DNA of 63,041 nucleotides, the filler included, from Reticulomyxa filosa (Eukaryota > Protista > Foraminifera), in NCBI GenBank assembly GCA_000512085.1. It is 16 parts of 16 records of this genome, joined end to end, with 100 filler letters (N's around TTAATTAATTAA, not from the genome) between each part and the next. Parts side by side here need not be neighbours in the genome. Positions count along the whole stretch, not along the records: positions 12,339 to 17,257 come from ASPP01019322.1; positions 17,358 to 19,715 come from ASPP01004987.1; positions 19,816 to 23,097 come from ASPP01036688.1; positions 23,198 to 31,101 come from ASPP01004478.1; 12 more parts are not named here. One strand, given 5' to 3'. Position numbers and translations under genes: made by a program. Under the pieces are notes generated by a model. The model was not told the origin of the DNA, searched no databases, and was given only the letters and a program-made list of their open reading frames with translations. Position 1 is the first letter of the stretch. Each line of letters opens with the position of its first letter. Shown here in pieces: positions 12,378 through 26,100 of the stretch.

Positions 12378-15300
12378 TTAAGTACGTGTCGGAACGGGAT
12401 GAGGGATTAGCAGTTGTTGACGACTATCATCATGTAAAGTCAAATCGGGAAGTGGATCAGCTGTATGTAACGCAGCATTGGGGATGGAAGGACGAAAGAA
12501 GGGAGTTAACGCATCACGTGCTTTGGAGTTGTCTGTGGACAGTTCCTTGTGGAGATCAGGAAGAAATGAAAACGATCTGGCGGATATCTCGGCCGATCTC
12601 GATTCGTTCACTTCATTGCTGGTTCGAAACGCTTTCTTTTTCCCGAGTAACGCGGAGGTTCCGTCGAAGGGACATGCAGTGTCTGAGACTCCACCGATTT
12701 GTTATTGTGAACTGTTTGCTCCTTCGTTTCTAACACTGCTTGTTCGGTGTCGCCAAAGATAGCAAATGGAGGAGGAGGTGGAGGAAGAGAGGGAGGAGGA
12801 GGAGGAGGAAGAGGAGGAAGAGGAGGAAGAGACGAAGGAACATCCTTCTTCTCCATTTCGATATGCGTTGTCTCATTGTCGTGTGACATGGTCAAATGCT
12901 CCGCTTCTTTATCAAATACATCTATCTCTAATTCTACTGTCTTTGTTGAAATATTCGCAGTTTCTTCATCCTCGACAATCACTAATTCGCCATCATCATC
13001 GTCATCATCATCATCATTATCGTTATTATCATTATTGTCATTGACATCTTCTTTTTTATCTTCTTTTATCTCTTCTTGTGGTGTGCTGTTATAATTCACG
13101 GACTGTTGCAATGTGGTCGGCTGGATCAAGTTTAGAGCCTGAAGTTCTGTCTCCTTTTTTTTTTAAAAAAAAAAAAAAAAAAAAGTAATGCATATGACAT
13201 CATAGATAAGTGTATAACGTTGGAAATACAAGTATGTAAGTAACTCAACTAGTTCAGTGGCAGTGAATTGATTGAGTTGATCACATTTCTTTTGAAAGTC
13301 ATGGATGTCATCATTGGAATGTTCGGAAGAAAAGAGAAACTTGTCATCATGAGGATCATGTACATCACGTGCAATGGCCTCCTCGTCTCCAAGTTGTGAT
13401 GCTCCCGCCGTCGCCGCTGCTGGACGCTCGAAATCGAGTCGTTTATGTTTGTGAACGTGATGTATCTGTCCCATGGTATGTTTCTCAATGTTTGCAGTTT
13501 TGGAATGGTGCTTATGTTTGGACGAAGCCATTGTATCTGTATAAAAGGGCTTGTCGTGAGACGGACGCGAATGCGTCCAAACGAATGAACACAATGCAAT
13601 TGGAATTGCCGCCACAAAGGACATAATCATACCAAACAAAATATCTCCAATGCCATGTGCCTTCTTCTTTTCTTGATAAGGCGCATAAAAGATGGCCAAC
13701 AAAGTCATCAATGTTAACATATAACTGCAGAGTATGGCCATTCGTTGGCGAGTACTCAGATTGGTGCCATTGCTGCGACAACATAAAGAAAGAACCCAGT
13801 GATCATTCAGCAATTCCAACATGTATAACCGCATCAAACATTGGAAATATCCCACCGATTGTTTTTTCAAATCTTCCAATATTATCATTTCCAACCCCAA
13901 ATACGTATTCTTTACCACTTTTTCTTTGTATTCTCTTTTTGTAGTGTCAACCATTTTTTATAATAAAAAAAAAAAAAAAAAAAACTGTAAATCAACAAAA
14001 AAAATTAAAAAAAAAATTTGTGCAAGTTTTTACCTAAATACCAAACCATCGTGCGCCAGAATTGGAATGTCATCAATTTCTTGGATTTTGTGACAACAGA
14101 GATAGGTTTGGACAAAAATGATTAAGATGGCCAACCACAACAACGTCGACACAAACGGATAAAACAAGTTTGACCATGTTTTCGAATTGGATGTGATTGG
14201 TCGTTTTTCGATAGTCTGTGAAATCTCCACGGTCGAAGTGAATCTTTTCATTACCACTCGAAGTCTTATTTAAAAAAAAAAAAAAAAAAGATTTTAAATA
14301 TATGTATGTATACGTATTATGTATATGTATGTGCATATATATTTAATTATGTATTAATTATGAGAGAAAAAAAAAAAAAACTGAACGTGGTCAATGAAAC
14401 ACAGGAACAATCAACAAAAGTAGAGGTATAATCAACGGTGATGCACTGGTCGTCCGACCACAAGTGAGTGAAGTCGTTCCAAATTTGGCATTGCGGATAA
14501 AATATTTGTTGGCCTTTTGAGAATTGAATGTTTGTTGTGAGAGTAGTGCTGCTTTGATCTGCTTTCAAAGGAACACGAACAATGACACGATCACAGGATT
14601 TGGAACTACTCAATCCGTGTTGACCGCTCCACTAGTTGCAAAAATGTGTGACAATACCCCATACAACACTCTCCTTTGTATTAATTGCATCAGCATTGAC
14701 ACAAAAAGAAAAGATTACTTGATTGAAAAAGGACAACATGAATACGTCACTAAGAACTGTGACGTTGTTTTCAACGACCAACTCATCTTTCAACACAGCA
14801 ATGTAACAATCCAAGACTTGACTGCTGCCCTTCCATTGATCTGAAAAACCACTTGTGAAACTCACTTTTAATTTTGTGCGATTATAGCATCGATTCCAGT
14901 TGTTTCGATTCAAACGGAACGCTGCAAACTCCATGTTTTCGTCCGTATATTCAATGTACTCGTCGATCACCGCGTCCGATAACGTCCATTGACTGACACT
15001 GGTCAGCACATTTTGTAAATCGCGGTAATATACTGTAGGCTTCGCCCAGTCGTCTAATTGCTGCAATTCTTCTCTGTTGCATGTCATTACATGCAAGATT
15101 CTGCTTACGTATTCTATTATATACATGCATATGTGTACATACATGTGCACATGTACACACCTTTTTTTTTTTATTCGTAATTCTGTGCAAAAATCAAAAT
15201 AAAAAAAATAAATAAATAACGAAGAAAGTTAGATGCAATAAACCAATCCACAGTGCCGTCGACGTCTTGGTTGTTGATGATAGACAGCAAGACGTACATA

Positions 15301-16977
15301 ATGGATTTCCACAAGGCATTGACTTGTTTCACGCTAGTCAAAGACGTCGTGCCGTTATTGCCGTGCTCTCCGGCAATGATGAAGTCTCCAAGTAGCAGTC
15401 GCTGTACCAGCATTGGTTCATGGATTATGAAATTGCCTTTTGTAAACGTGGACATGGAATTAATCAGTAAGGATTTCAAATACATGACGTCCTTTAGTTT
15501 TGCGTATGTATATATCATATATGTATGTATATATTGTACGATAATGCTATTCGTAAAAAAAAAACCTGTTTGCCGTATTGGAAGACAGTGTAATAGTTTT
15601 CTAATAAGGTCGACCATAATGTAAACAATTGCGTCATTTCATCAGCATCTCCTTTTGTTGTCAGACTTGACATGACGGTGCCGCAAATGTAGTCAATGAT
15701 GACTTGCATTCGGGTAAGGATTGCCAAGGTTTCATTAACGGAGGAGGAGGAGGAAGCGCGCGAATTACTCATAAGTCTTCTTCTGGTATCCGTGTTCCAT
15801 TCCAACACGCCGGCGTACTTCCACGAATAATCTTCTATCATCGCCCAAGTGACGTTCGGCACTTCCACCCATAACTTTGTGTTTGTATAGCAATACACGT
15901 ATCCCCATTCGTCTTTGATTTGCACAATAATTTGAAACTTGCCTGGTCCGAACGTGTATTCAATGTAGGGCACGTGTGTAAACACCCCTCGACTAACAAT
16001 GTACGTGTCGCTGTGCATTTCTCGAAAGACAAAGTTGTATTGCAACGGGAACCAATGGCTGTCGTCTTTGCTACTAAAGCCGCTGCACGTGATGCGATAC
16101 GTATACTTGCGCGCAGTCAAAGTGACCCAGCATCCATTGCCTTGTACTAGCCATGTTTCATAGGTCTGATAACTCCACGTCCAAGTCAATTGTTCCGAAG
16201 CTTGATTGACAATGGTCATGGTCAAATGCTGTTGATTCACACTCGAGTACATCGGTAGCGTCGATGGACATCCAATGTTGTCCACCACTTCGCCATGTGG
16301 ATAAGGGTTGAAAAGGATGAAATTGGAGCTGGTGTATACGGATGAAAATCCAGATGTGTTCCAAGATACATTACTACTTTGCAATGAAGAGGAAGATGAG
16401 GAGAGTGACCATGATACTTTTTGTCGCTTCCAAGGAATGACATTATAGGGTATCGTGTCAATTATATTAAGGTCATTAAAGGCTTGCATTGTCTTACAAT
16501 ATTTGACATGTATTCCAATTGCATTCGCCACAGCCGCGTCAGAGGCAATGGCATTTTGTCTCCATTTCACAGTCAACGAAAGTTCATACCACATACCGCT
16601 TTGAAACCAAGTGTCCGGCACGTTCACGTCACCCGTGGCATTGACAAACCGGCCCAGCCAATCCGAGCAGTCCACACTGGCCAACGTCGTAGAGTTTATC
16701 ATTGCGCATGTCCAAGCAAACAAGTAATAATCGCCACACATCGATTTGGGCATTCCAATTGGAAGCAAAAACAAGTCTGTCGTGGTTATGGTCACCGTCA
16801 TTGCTTTCGACATGGTGTCGTTCCAACATAAGTCACGGTCTATGCGAGCGCGTGCAAGTGGCAAAGGTACAGTGATCGACACAACAAATTGTTCCTTTTT
16901 TTTTTTTGTTTTTGATTTTTGGGATTACTTTCACTTGTTATTACTATTAGTCATTTCAATTATAAATGCATATATAA

Positions 16978-17019
<42 letters not shown>

Positions 17020-17257
17020 GTATATATTTATATATTTATATATGTAATAACAAAACAGTGTTGGAAATATTAGCATTCGAAGCGGTGAGCATGAGAAAAA
17101 AAACTGCTGAACAGTCCTTTTTTTGAGAACGATGGTCAAGTCCTTGGATTGCGATAAGAAGCACGTACCGGAACAGACGTTAGTGAAATTGACGGTATCG
17201 TCGTACACATGCAGCACGTATTCGTACTGATCAATCAAGGTGTTGTCAATCCAAGAG
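12378..17257 (-). CDS. Polycystin-1-like receptor (REJ-like ectodomain, GAIN/GPS, transmembrane helices), multi-exon, both ends probably truncated
   Basis: GPS motif CQIWNDFTHLWSDDQCITVDYTSTFVDCSCVSLTTFS (14347-14613). REJ-like ITCSGFSSKDDSHWFPLQYNF and IIVQIKDEWG. TM1 at about 14100-14180. PKD1-type segment HWVLSLCCRSNGTNLSTRQRMAILCSYMLTLMTLLAIFY. Acidic and poly-Pro tail. Confidence 0.75.
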
Positions 17258-17368
17258 NNNNNNNNNNNNNNNNNNNNNNNNNNNNNNNNNNNNNNNNNNN
17301 NTTAATTAATTAANNNNNNNNNNNNNNNNNNNNNNNNNNNNNNNNNNNNNNNNNNNNAAAAAAAAAAG

Positions 17369-18244
17369 AGAAAATATTTTAAACTATCAAAAATATTTCA
17401 ATTGAATTCCGGATCTTTGAATGGAGTAAAATTTTCACCAGATGGCACCAAAATTGCAGTATCATCAGATACCACAATTCGAATATGGGATGTAAAACTA
17501 GAAGAAGAAATACACGTATTAAGAGGTCATTCAGCTACTATTAATAAGTTGCAATTTTCACCAGATAATACCTTAATTGCGTCGTGTTCATATGACAAAA
17601 CTATTCGATTATGGAATGTAAAATTAGGTGTGGAACTATTAAGATTAGAAGGACATACAAATGCTGTAAAAAGTATACACTTTTCACCGGATGGAAAAAA
17701 TATTGTATCTGCATCATCAGATAGCACTATAAGGGTATGGAGTGTACAATTTGGTCAAGAGATAAAAAGAATAGAAGGAAATTTAGGTTTTTTATTTGAT
17801 GTAAAATATTCACCAAATGGTGAACAAATTATGTCATTTTCATATACAATAATTCAAATTTGGGATATAAAATCTGGTGACATAATTAATACTCTAAGAG
17901 GGCATAAAAGTCAAGTGTTGGCAGCACAGTTTTCTCAAAATGGCTTGTTCATTGTATCTAGCTCAAGTGATGAAACAATTCGATTATGGGATGTAATATC
18001 AGGAACGCAATTAAAACAATTTCATGCGTATTGCAAAAATATAAACAATATTCAATTTCTTGATGAACAAACTATTGTATATCATTTCAGTAAAGTAATT
18101 CGAGTATGGGATTTAAAAGCAGGAATGGAAATACAACAGTTGCAAGAACACAGTAATTACACAACAGGAGCGGATGTTTCTCCAGATGGAAGTACTATTG
18201 TGTCATCTTGTCAGGATAGAGCAATTCGTCTGTGGACACACTAA
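17369..18244 (+). CDS. WD40-repeat protein (7 repeats), last exon; 5' truncated
   Basis: Repeated GH..V....FSPDG..I.S.S.D.TIR.WD units; stop at 18242-18244. Confidence 0.95.
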   Translation, partial: RKYFKLSKIFQLNSGSLNGVKFSPDGTKIAVSSDTTIRIWDVKLEEEIHVLRGHSATINKLQFSPDNTLIASCSYDKTIRLWNVKLGVELLRLEGHTNAVKSIHFSPDGKNIVSASSDSTIRVWSVQFGQEIKRIEGNLGFLFDVKYSPNGEQIMSFSYTIIQIWDIKSGDIINTLRGHKSQVLAAQFSQNGLFIVSSSSDETIRLWDVISGTQLKQFHAYCKNINNIQFLDEQTIVYHFSKVIRVWDLKAGMEIQQLQEHSNYTTGADVSPDGSTIVSSCQDRAIRLWTH

Positions 18245-20020
18245 ACAAACATACTTATGAACAAAATAGTGTCTTTTTTTATTTGTTACAAGAAATCTTG
18301 TAAAATTAATGAACTATTATTCAAAGAGGTAAAACAATTTTTCCTTTTGTACAATTGAGAGACATTAACGCTTTTCGCAAATAACTTTTCAAATAATTGC
18401 TGACCTATTAAAAGAGCATTTGACAATAGAGGTTTCAAGTTGCGAGCTTCAGGAATGATTTTAAAAAATAGCTTTACGAAGATACCAGAAAGGTAAATTT
18501 CAAAAATAGTCAAATTTTAAAATTAAAAAAGTAACAAAGTGGCGGGGGACAAAGCGTGGTTATTGCTTGTGTACACTTTTGTTTTTCACATCAAAAATAT
18601 AAATGTAATATCGGGACCGAAGACACAGGCAGACGTGTGGGTTGAGATATTTTGACAGTTTTGTAGCTTCTAAAAATCCAAAATTGCGACTGTCAGGAGC
18701 TGCTTTTGCGACCAATCTTTGTCAGCATTTCTTGCATTTTCAAAGATTCAAAAATATGACTATTAGAATTTTTATTTGGACGAAACTCTTTCCGATTGAC
18801 ACGCAAAGCCAATTCTCATCAACTATCTAATTTTAATAACAATTGCAGGCTGCTACAAAGGTCAATTATTTCACCAACAGTAATCCTGATCATCAACAAA
18901 ATACGATTTCTCAACACTGCATAGCAAAAAAAAATGAATCAAAACTCTGGAAAAAAGAAAATACAAAAAAGATATTATTGAAAGAACACTGAACATTACA
19001 GCATTTGACCGTAAGCATGAATAGTGTTTATCTTAGATATCATGTCATATTGTATTCAAATATACTTATTTTCCAAACATATACGATAAACATGTATGTA
19101 TTTAATTCAAATCATAAACAAGATAATAATATACACAAATAATATAATAATAAGTGTTTTATTATTATGTAAATTTCAAAGCCAAACGGGATTGCAAATG
19201 CTATCAATGACACTTGCCTTCCTTTTTTTTTGCAAGACGTGATATAACAACATATAGATTACTGACACCAATGATTTCACAATTGTGTAAATTTTTTGCA
19301 GAACTGATTTTAATACCGATCTTGGTTTGAAGTTTTTGCTTCGTGTGATTGTTTTTAGCATTTGTAGCTCGGCAAACAAAACTTGTTACATGACTTATGA
19401 ATTACCGATCTAATCAAATCACAACATTGTTTGTTGTTATTATTATTTATTGTCATTGTGAATATTATTTTCATCTGTTCGTTTGTTCGTTTTCCAATGA
19501 CATATATAAACATTAGACAAATCACGATATACTATTTTTTTTGTGATATTGAACAATATGATGAATTTGTTGATATTAAATAATATAATACAGTAGGTTG
19601 CAAAGAAAACTGAACGCATAAAACATATCTTATAATGATAATTGATTTTCTCAATGAAAAATCAACGTTTGACCTAATTTTTTTTTTTTAAATATCTACA
19701 AGTCTTGTAGTTTTTNNNNNNNNNNNNNNNNNNNNNNNNNNNNNNNNNNNNNNNNNNNNTTAATTAATTAANNNNNNNNNNNNNNNNNNNNNNNNNNNNN
19801 NNNNNNNNNNNNNNNTTACTAAAAAATAAACAAAAATATTATAAAATGTCATGGTGCAAGTGCAAACTATTTAAAGCTTCACAAAATTTTAAAAAAGCAT
19901 TTGAAAGATGATATTTTTCTCCAACATAAAAAAAAGTTATTAAAAAATCAATATCATATTTAAAAGCCACAAGACTTGTAGATATTAAAAAAAAAATTAG
20001 CTTTAAATGTTTGTTTTTCA

Positions 20021-22574
20021 TTAAGAAAATTTATTATCTTAATAAGGTGACATTTTAGGTGTTCAGTTTTTTTTGCATACTGTAAATGAAAATAAAATTC
20101 AACAAATATACTTTTGTTTAGCAAAATTTTTAAAACAATTTTATAGTTTTAATAAACAACTAAAATTATATTTAAAAACTACAAAATTTGCATATATTTT
20201 TTTAAATAAAAACCTTATTTTTCTAACGAATAAAATTGATCATATTTAAATTAATTAAGATTATACTAGTTGCAATAATGACAATTTGTACAAAGACATA
20301 AAGCTTTTTCTTTTAAATAGATTTATTGAGAAAATATAACTCAGGATCCAGGTAAAACTAATTTTGTCGAATCCTTAAAATCAATTTCGTCTATTTTTTT
20401 TGAAATAATAATTATCATGATTATAGAAAAGCAAAATTGAGGATACATAAGAATAAATTTAAAAAAAAGAATTGAAAATGAACAATAAATAATAGATTGA
20501 TTTGTTTTGTTTGTTATTGTCAACAGTTCTTAAGCAATGATAAATTATAAAAAAAAGTCAAATGCTTTTTAGTTTTGCAAAGTAATCTTAAAGAATATTA
20601 TCAAAAAATGTTTAATGACTTTAACACATTTAAATATATAGTGCAACTGACTTATGAACAAACAAAATTGAGTCAAGTATGATTTATTTTTGTTTCAGCG
20701 TATTGTTTTTTGTGTATCAAATGATTTTTTCTGATCACTGTTTAATATAAATAAAAACAAAAACAAATAAATACATCATATTACGTAGTTTTATTAGAAA
20801 ATAGCTTGTTTATTTGCTTTATTGCATTTTTGTTATTACTATTTACATTATTGGTTTATCTTAAATTTGATATCATCAAAACAAAATCAAATCGCTTGCC
20901 ACATTTATCGATATGGAGATACGACATGAAAGAACAAATGGCAAACCAGAATGCAACAAACTTTTTCAATATATTTGAAATAAGGAAAAATTTAAAAAGA
21001 AAAATTTTAATCAAGCGGCGCCCTCAGGAACATTCTGGCGCAACTCGAACTAAACTTTTCTTTTTGATTTTGTCTTAATGCTTTTTTTTTACAAAGCTTC
21101 ACTTGGTTGAGTTGTATAATGTTTAGTATTGTATTACTGAATAAAATGACTCAAGAGCTAAGTGTTTATTAAAAAAATGAAATATTGTTAAAAAGACATA
21201 CAAGCGTTGTATAGCATTGATTATTATTCATTTGATAATTCTACATTTATTGTTCGTGATCAAATGATAAAATAATTTGTATATGCTATTGTCTTGGAAA
21301 AGCATATACCAAATGGCCTTGCTTTTCAAGAAGTATTAATATCCCAAAGAAATGGAAATCATCAATCAGAGCAACAAAGATAATGGGTTTCACTAATCAT
21401 ACAAGGTACAGTGTTGATTCCCATGTATGAAGGATATGATTCAGTTGTTTTGGGCCAGGAGATCACTTTGGTAAAGACACCAATACTAAATACAAAACTG
21501 CTAGAGTTATCAACAATTTGACTGTTTTACATTATGTAATTTGCGAACATAACAATTACAAAAATAGTTACAGTCATATCAGAACAAAAATGGTGGCATC
21601 ATTAACAAAAACAATTGTATAAGTGGCAGACATTATAATATCATTGATATCAGTGAAACCAGTGACTAGCATAGTGATACTGAAAAATATTGTAATATAT
21701 ATTAAAATTTGTGGACTATCCAACACAAGTTTGTGAAGACTACAATGACATCTATAACAACTGGTTCAATTGCTGTTGATAGTGTAAGCCTATTGCAACA
21801 ACAAAACACTGAAGAAGAAAAAATAAAAACAGAAAACAAATTCTTGAGCATAAAGAAACAGGCAGTGACAGTGATAACGAGTACGTGAATGAAGAACTCG
21901 TGAAAAAGAGAAATGATGATATTATGATGAGTCAACAGATTGCGAAAAATAATTATAATGAAATAGCTAATCAAGATAATCATAAAAAGAAATTATGATA
22001 ATAAATCAAAAAGGATCATATCGTGAATTTTATCTTTATGCAGACAAGCTAAAAAACAAAACATTATGTGATATAGCTTAAAATTTTACACGATTAGGAA
22101 TACAAGGTTATTGTGGTAACATTGATGATTCAAACAATCATATTTACATGTATAAAGGTGATCTAGTGACTTTTTTTGCTATCACATCAACACTGGAATA
22201 TTCTAACTAATTTTTAAATTAAGTAAAATAATTTTGCTGCATATACATTTACATGTAGAAATTTAACGGAAGCTGATTGTTCAAGAGAAGCATGTATCAA
22301 ATGAAGTACATTCTTTTAGATTTATTATAAATGTGAAAGAATTTGGATATTACCCTTATGTACATTTTTTCATTTTTATAACTAATTCACATCTTATTTT
22401 AAAGAAGAATAATTAGCTAATCTTAGCGAAACAATTATTACAAGATATAAGATGATATTTGCATAATCCACATATAATTGCAAAACATTTTAAAAATAAG
22501 TATTTTATATTTAAACATGTTATAAGTATTGACATACTAAAATGACACCTTATGAAAATAATCAATTTTTTAAG
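20021..22574. repeat. Imperfect inverted-repeat pair of about 45 bp (20021-20066 / 22529-22574)
   Basis: ttaagaaaatttattatcttaataaggtgacattttag vs the reverse complement of the right arm, ttaaaaaattgattattttcataaggtgtcattttag. Confidence 0.6.
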
Positions 22575-22833
22575 TTTTCTTTTGTTTTAAAAATAGCTAC
22601 GAATCTTCAAAATGCATTTCATTTTTTTAATAATTTTTTGTTTTTGGCCAATTATAAAATTCAGGATCCAGTTATTCTATTATTGTCGAATCCTTAAAAT
22701 CAACGTTATTTAAATATATAATAAATTTTTTTGTTATTTGCAGAAAACAAAATTTGAACATTCACTAATAATTTTTGAAATAATTAAATTATAATTATCA
22801 TAATTAGAAAAAAGTGAAATTGATTATACATAA
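20341..22833 (+). repeat. Dispersed direct repeat (about 20341-20450 and 22661-22833)
   Basis: Both copies share tcaggatccag and an identical 21-mer, ttgtcgaatccttaaaatcaa, followed by a second similar block (ttttgaaataat...aaattga..atacataa). Confidence 0.75.
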
Positions 22834-23197
22834 AGTTTAAGCAAAAATAAAAAAGTTGTATTTATTTAAATTTTTGTAAATCATATTAGTATTGTAATCA
22901 TTTGGATTTGTGAAATTGAATATGTAATGTATCATTATAAAAAGTATTTGATATAATTAATGCACTTTGCATTTTATTTAGGTAAATAATTGAATCTGTG
23001 CATTGCTAGCTTGATATTAAGAACTTTTTTTCTTAAGTTTTATGAATCCTTAATTTCACTTTTACATAATCATATAAATTATGTAGAAAAATAATTTNNN
23101 NNNNNNNNNNNNNNNNNNNNNNNNNNNNNNNNNNNNNNNNNTTAATTAATTAANNNNNNNNNNNNNNNNNNNNNNNNNNNNNNNNNNNNNNNNNNNN

Positions 23198-26100
23198 GAT
23201 ATATTGGGTTTCCATCAGCAACAATTCAATCATGAGGTTACCATCGATATTGCTACTGCTGACGTTGTTGTCACTATTTCTATTATTGCCAAAAACTCGC
23301 TGCAGCACAAATGGCAAAAACTTGTTCCATTCGTATTCCAAAACTTCATTGTTACAAATTGGAATATCTATTAAAAAATTTCGACATACAAATAAATAAT
23401 CAATATACGTATAAAGATGTTATGTTGAATATATTATATATATATAAATACTTTTTCAATCACAATTATAACGTCAGATGGTATGAAAGAGGGACGAGCA
23501 CAATAACAGCAAATCCTTGTGACGTGATAAATTGAGTTCTTGCTGTTCGAATGCGCTCTTGGACTTCAATGACCAATACCACCATCAAACATTCCGTTAT
23601 TTTGAATCATTGAAAGGCTCATCCCTTGGAACTACCATTTTTTTTGCGTGGCGGCTTTGTCAATGACAGAGTGGTTCGGTTTCTTTGGTAGCCGAACAAT
23701 TAGTTCGTATCCACAGCGACAAGGTCTTTGTGAGGGGGAGAGAGGGTATAATGCAATCGACTTCTGGCACTGACGTTGCTTACGTATCCATCCAGCAGCG
23801 CCTCCAACACATTGAAGCAATTGATTGCTCTGTTTTGTTAAATGGTGGAGCAATTTTTGAATCTTCGATTACAGAGACAGTCAATCAAAGATGATCGAGT
23901 CAAAAAGTGCATCTTTGTTTATATCTTCACCAATAATCAATGCTCAATATTTCACGAGCTCATGATTCTTCCCATCAGCACGCGTATGATACAAAAATCC
24001 AAAATTGCGCATGTGCGCACGCAGACAATCAGTTTCGACACGAGTGATTAATGTATGCATTTCGATTATTGTTCCGCTCCATAAACTTAGTGTCAATTTT
24101 CTCCAACAATCGAGTTTCCATTGTTCGCCAGCACCGTTTTTTGAATGCTTCTGGTTTCTACTTGACATTTGTTACAATCGTGCCATGCTTTTGTAATGTC
24201 ATAATGAAAATTCTTCCCAAACCTCTTGGAATTGCTCAAACATGACTGGGGGGAATAAAGAGTTATGTATCGAATTGATGATCATATTTCTTGAATGTCG
24301 ACATGTTCCTCGTCTTGATCAAAGAAATGAAACAAGTCATTGGGCGGTAAATCAAAGTTGGATTTTGTCTTTTCATTCATGTCGTGATCAGCATCTTGGT
24401 CTTTTTGAAACAGTTCGGATACCGTACCTTCAATGTCGATTTCACCAAAGATATATTGCTTGTTCACCTGATGATACCGAGATCGAAGGTCATTGATATC
24501 CTCTTTGTGATTATCATTCGACGAATGTAGTTTTGATTCACATTTTTGAGCATTGAAAAAACTAATCTTGTTTAGTTAATTTGCTCCCCAAAGACGATCC
24601 CCTTTGTAAGCTCCAGGAGGGCGTCGCAACTTCAAAACTCGCCTTCACATTCTGGACATTATCGTTTCAAATATTGGCGTCTCGGGTCATCGTTGTGATG
24701 ACATTTTAATTCTTTCACAAGTAATTCTCGTTTTGGTGGACACGTAAAGTACGTATTCCTTTGTGCGCTCCATTGTTCTTGTCCCATCCATCGTGCCACT
24801 TCACAACTATCTGCTCGTCTGTCGCGAAATGCGTGGTATTAATGAAACGGATCGCATATGTAATTGATCACTTCCACGATCTCTCACCTATTCCAAGAGG
24901 CTAGTTGTGTTTTCTCCGATTCTGTCCATTTTGGATTCTTTCGAGTTGCGTTGCTGTCTTGGTCGAACTTGGACAGCAAATTGGTTGTAATGTTGAATCG
25001 TGAGCAAGTTATGCTATGTCCGTTCTTCACACTGAAGCGCATTGTTCGTCCCGCTTTGACGTTTATTGACTCTCTAGTCCACATGTTGATCTCGATGCCA
25101 TACATTTCTCCTTTGCATATATCTTCAATGTATTTTATGTATCCATGACCTCTATTTTGAACGTCATCTTCATCGGTTTCCATTTGATCGCACAAATGTA
25201 CCACCATCCATGTCTTTTTTTTTAAAAAAATATTGAATTTTGTTTTGCTTCTATCTCAATAGCAATTTATAAGCAATAACAAACCTGCATGTACAGTATG
25301 TACTGTTCATTGGTCATTCAGGTATTTTTCTATTTAACTAATACAATATACGTAATATCTTTTCGTATCTTTTCCAATGTATTGCGTTACCTATTTTTCC
25401 AAAATGTCAAAGTTCATCACTGCAAATCGTTTAAAAAAAAAAATAATCAGATTAACTCTTTTTTTCCCGTTTCAATTTGTACTCGTTGTCAAATGCTATA
25501 TTTTCTTCCATCTGATTTCCACTTCCGAAATCGATCTTCGTTTGACAAACGTACCCTACCTATTCCACTGGGACACTACATTTTACATTCAAATCAAATT
25601 CACTCTCAATTGATATTAGTCTTTTCACTTCAAACACATATTTCACAACAAAAACAAAAAAAAGAACACCTAAAAGTAGTGTTATTTGTTGTACTCTCAA
25701 CAAAAGGAGGATAACCAATATACTTTATAACACTTGTCGTCCCTCCACTATGCAACTTTGGGTTTTAATGGCTTCAATTGGAGGTTTCCGGGCCACCACT
25801 TTTGCTTTTCCTCGAGATAACTTCACGTCGTCTTTGATCTTGATTTGAATTTTCGGTTATGGCGCTTGCGGAGGTGGTGTTGTCTCGTCTTCGCCATCGA
25901 AATCGTTATCGTTGTTGCCGGCGGTCTGCTTTCTAACATCAAAAACAAAATCCAACAATAATCAATGACTTTTTTTTCCAAAAGCAAATAAATAAATTAT
26001 ACCACTGGCCCTAGTTTCTCTGACCCAAACTCAGATCATCGACAGCCACTACAACGAAATTCACCACCATACTTTTTGTGCGTCCATTTTCGGCTTGTCG

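Noticed and set aside
12747-13094. Plus-strand Gly/Glu/His-rich ORFs, and similar antisense ORFs at 1503-1949, 33091-33657 and 39683-40210
   Set aside because: Shadow ORFs of low-complexity or GC-richer coding sequence on the opposite strand.
21250-21950. Relic of a GIY-YIG nuclease with a CCHC knuckle (FVYAIVLE, YCLGKA, CFGPGDHFGKD)
   Set aside because: The motifs are short, lie in different frames and are too degenerate to support without a profile search.
23198-23341. Retroviral-type integrase fragment (EYEWNKFLPFV)
   Set aside because: No DDE core, RT or LTRs nearby; it lies downstream of the CAP-Gly array on the same strand.
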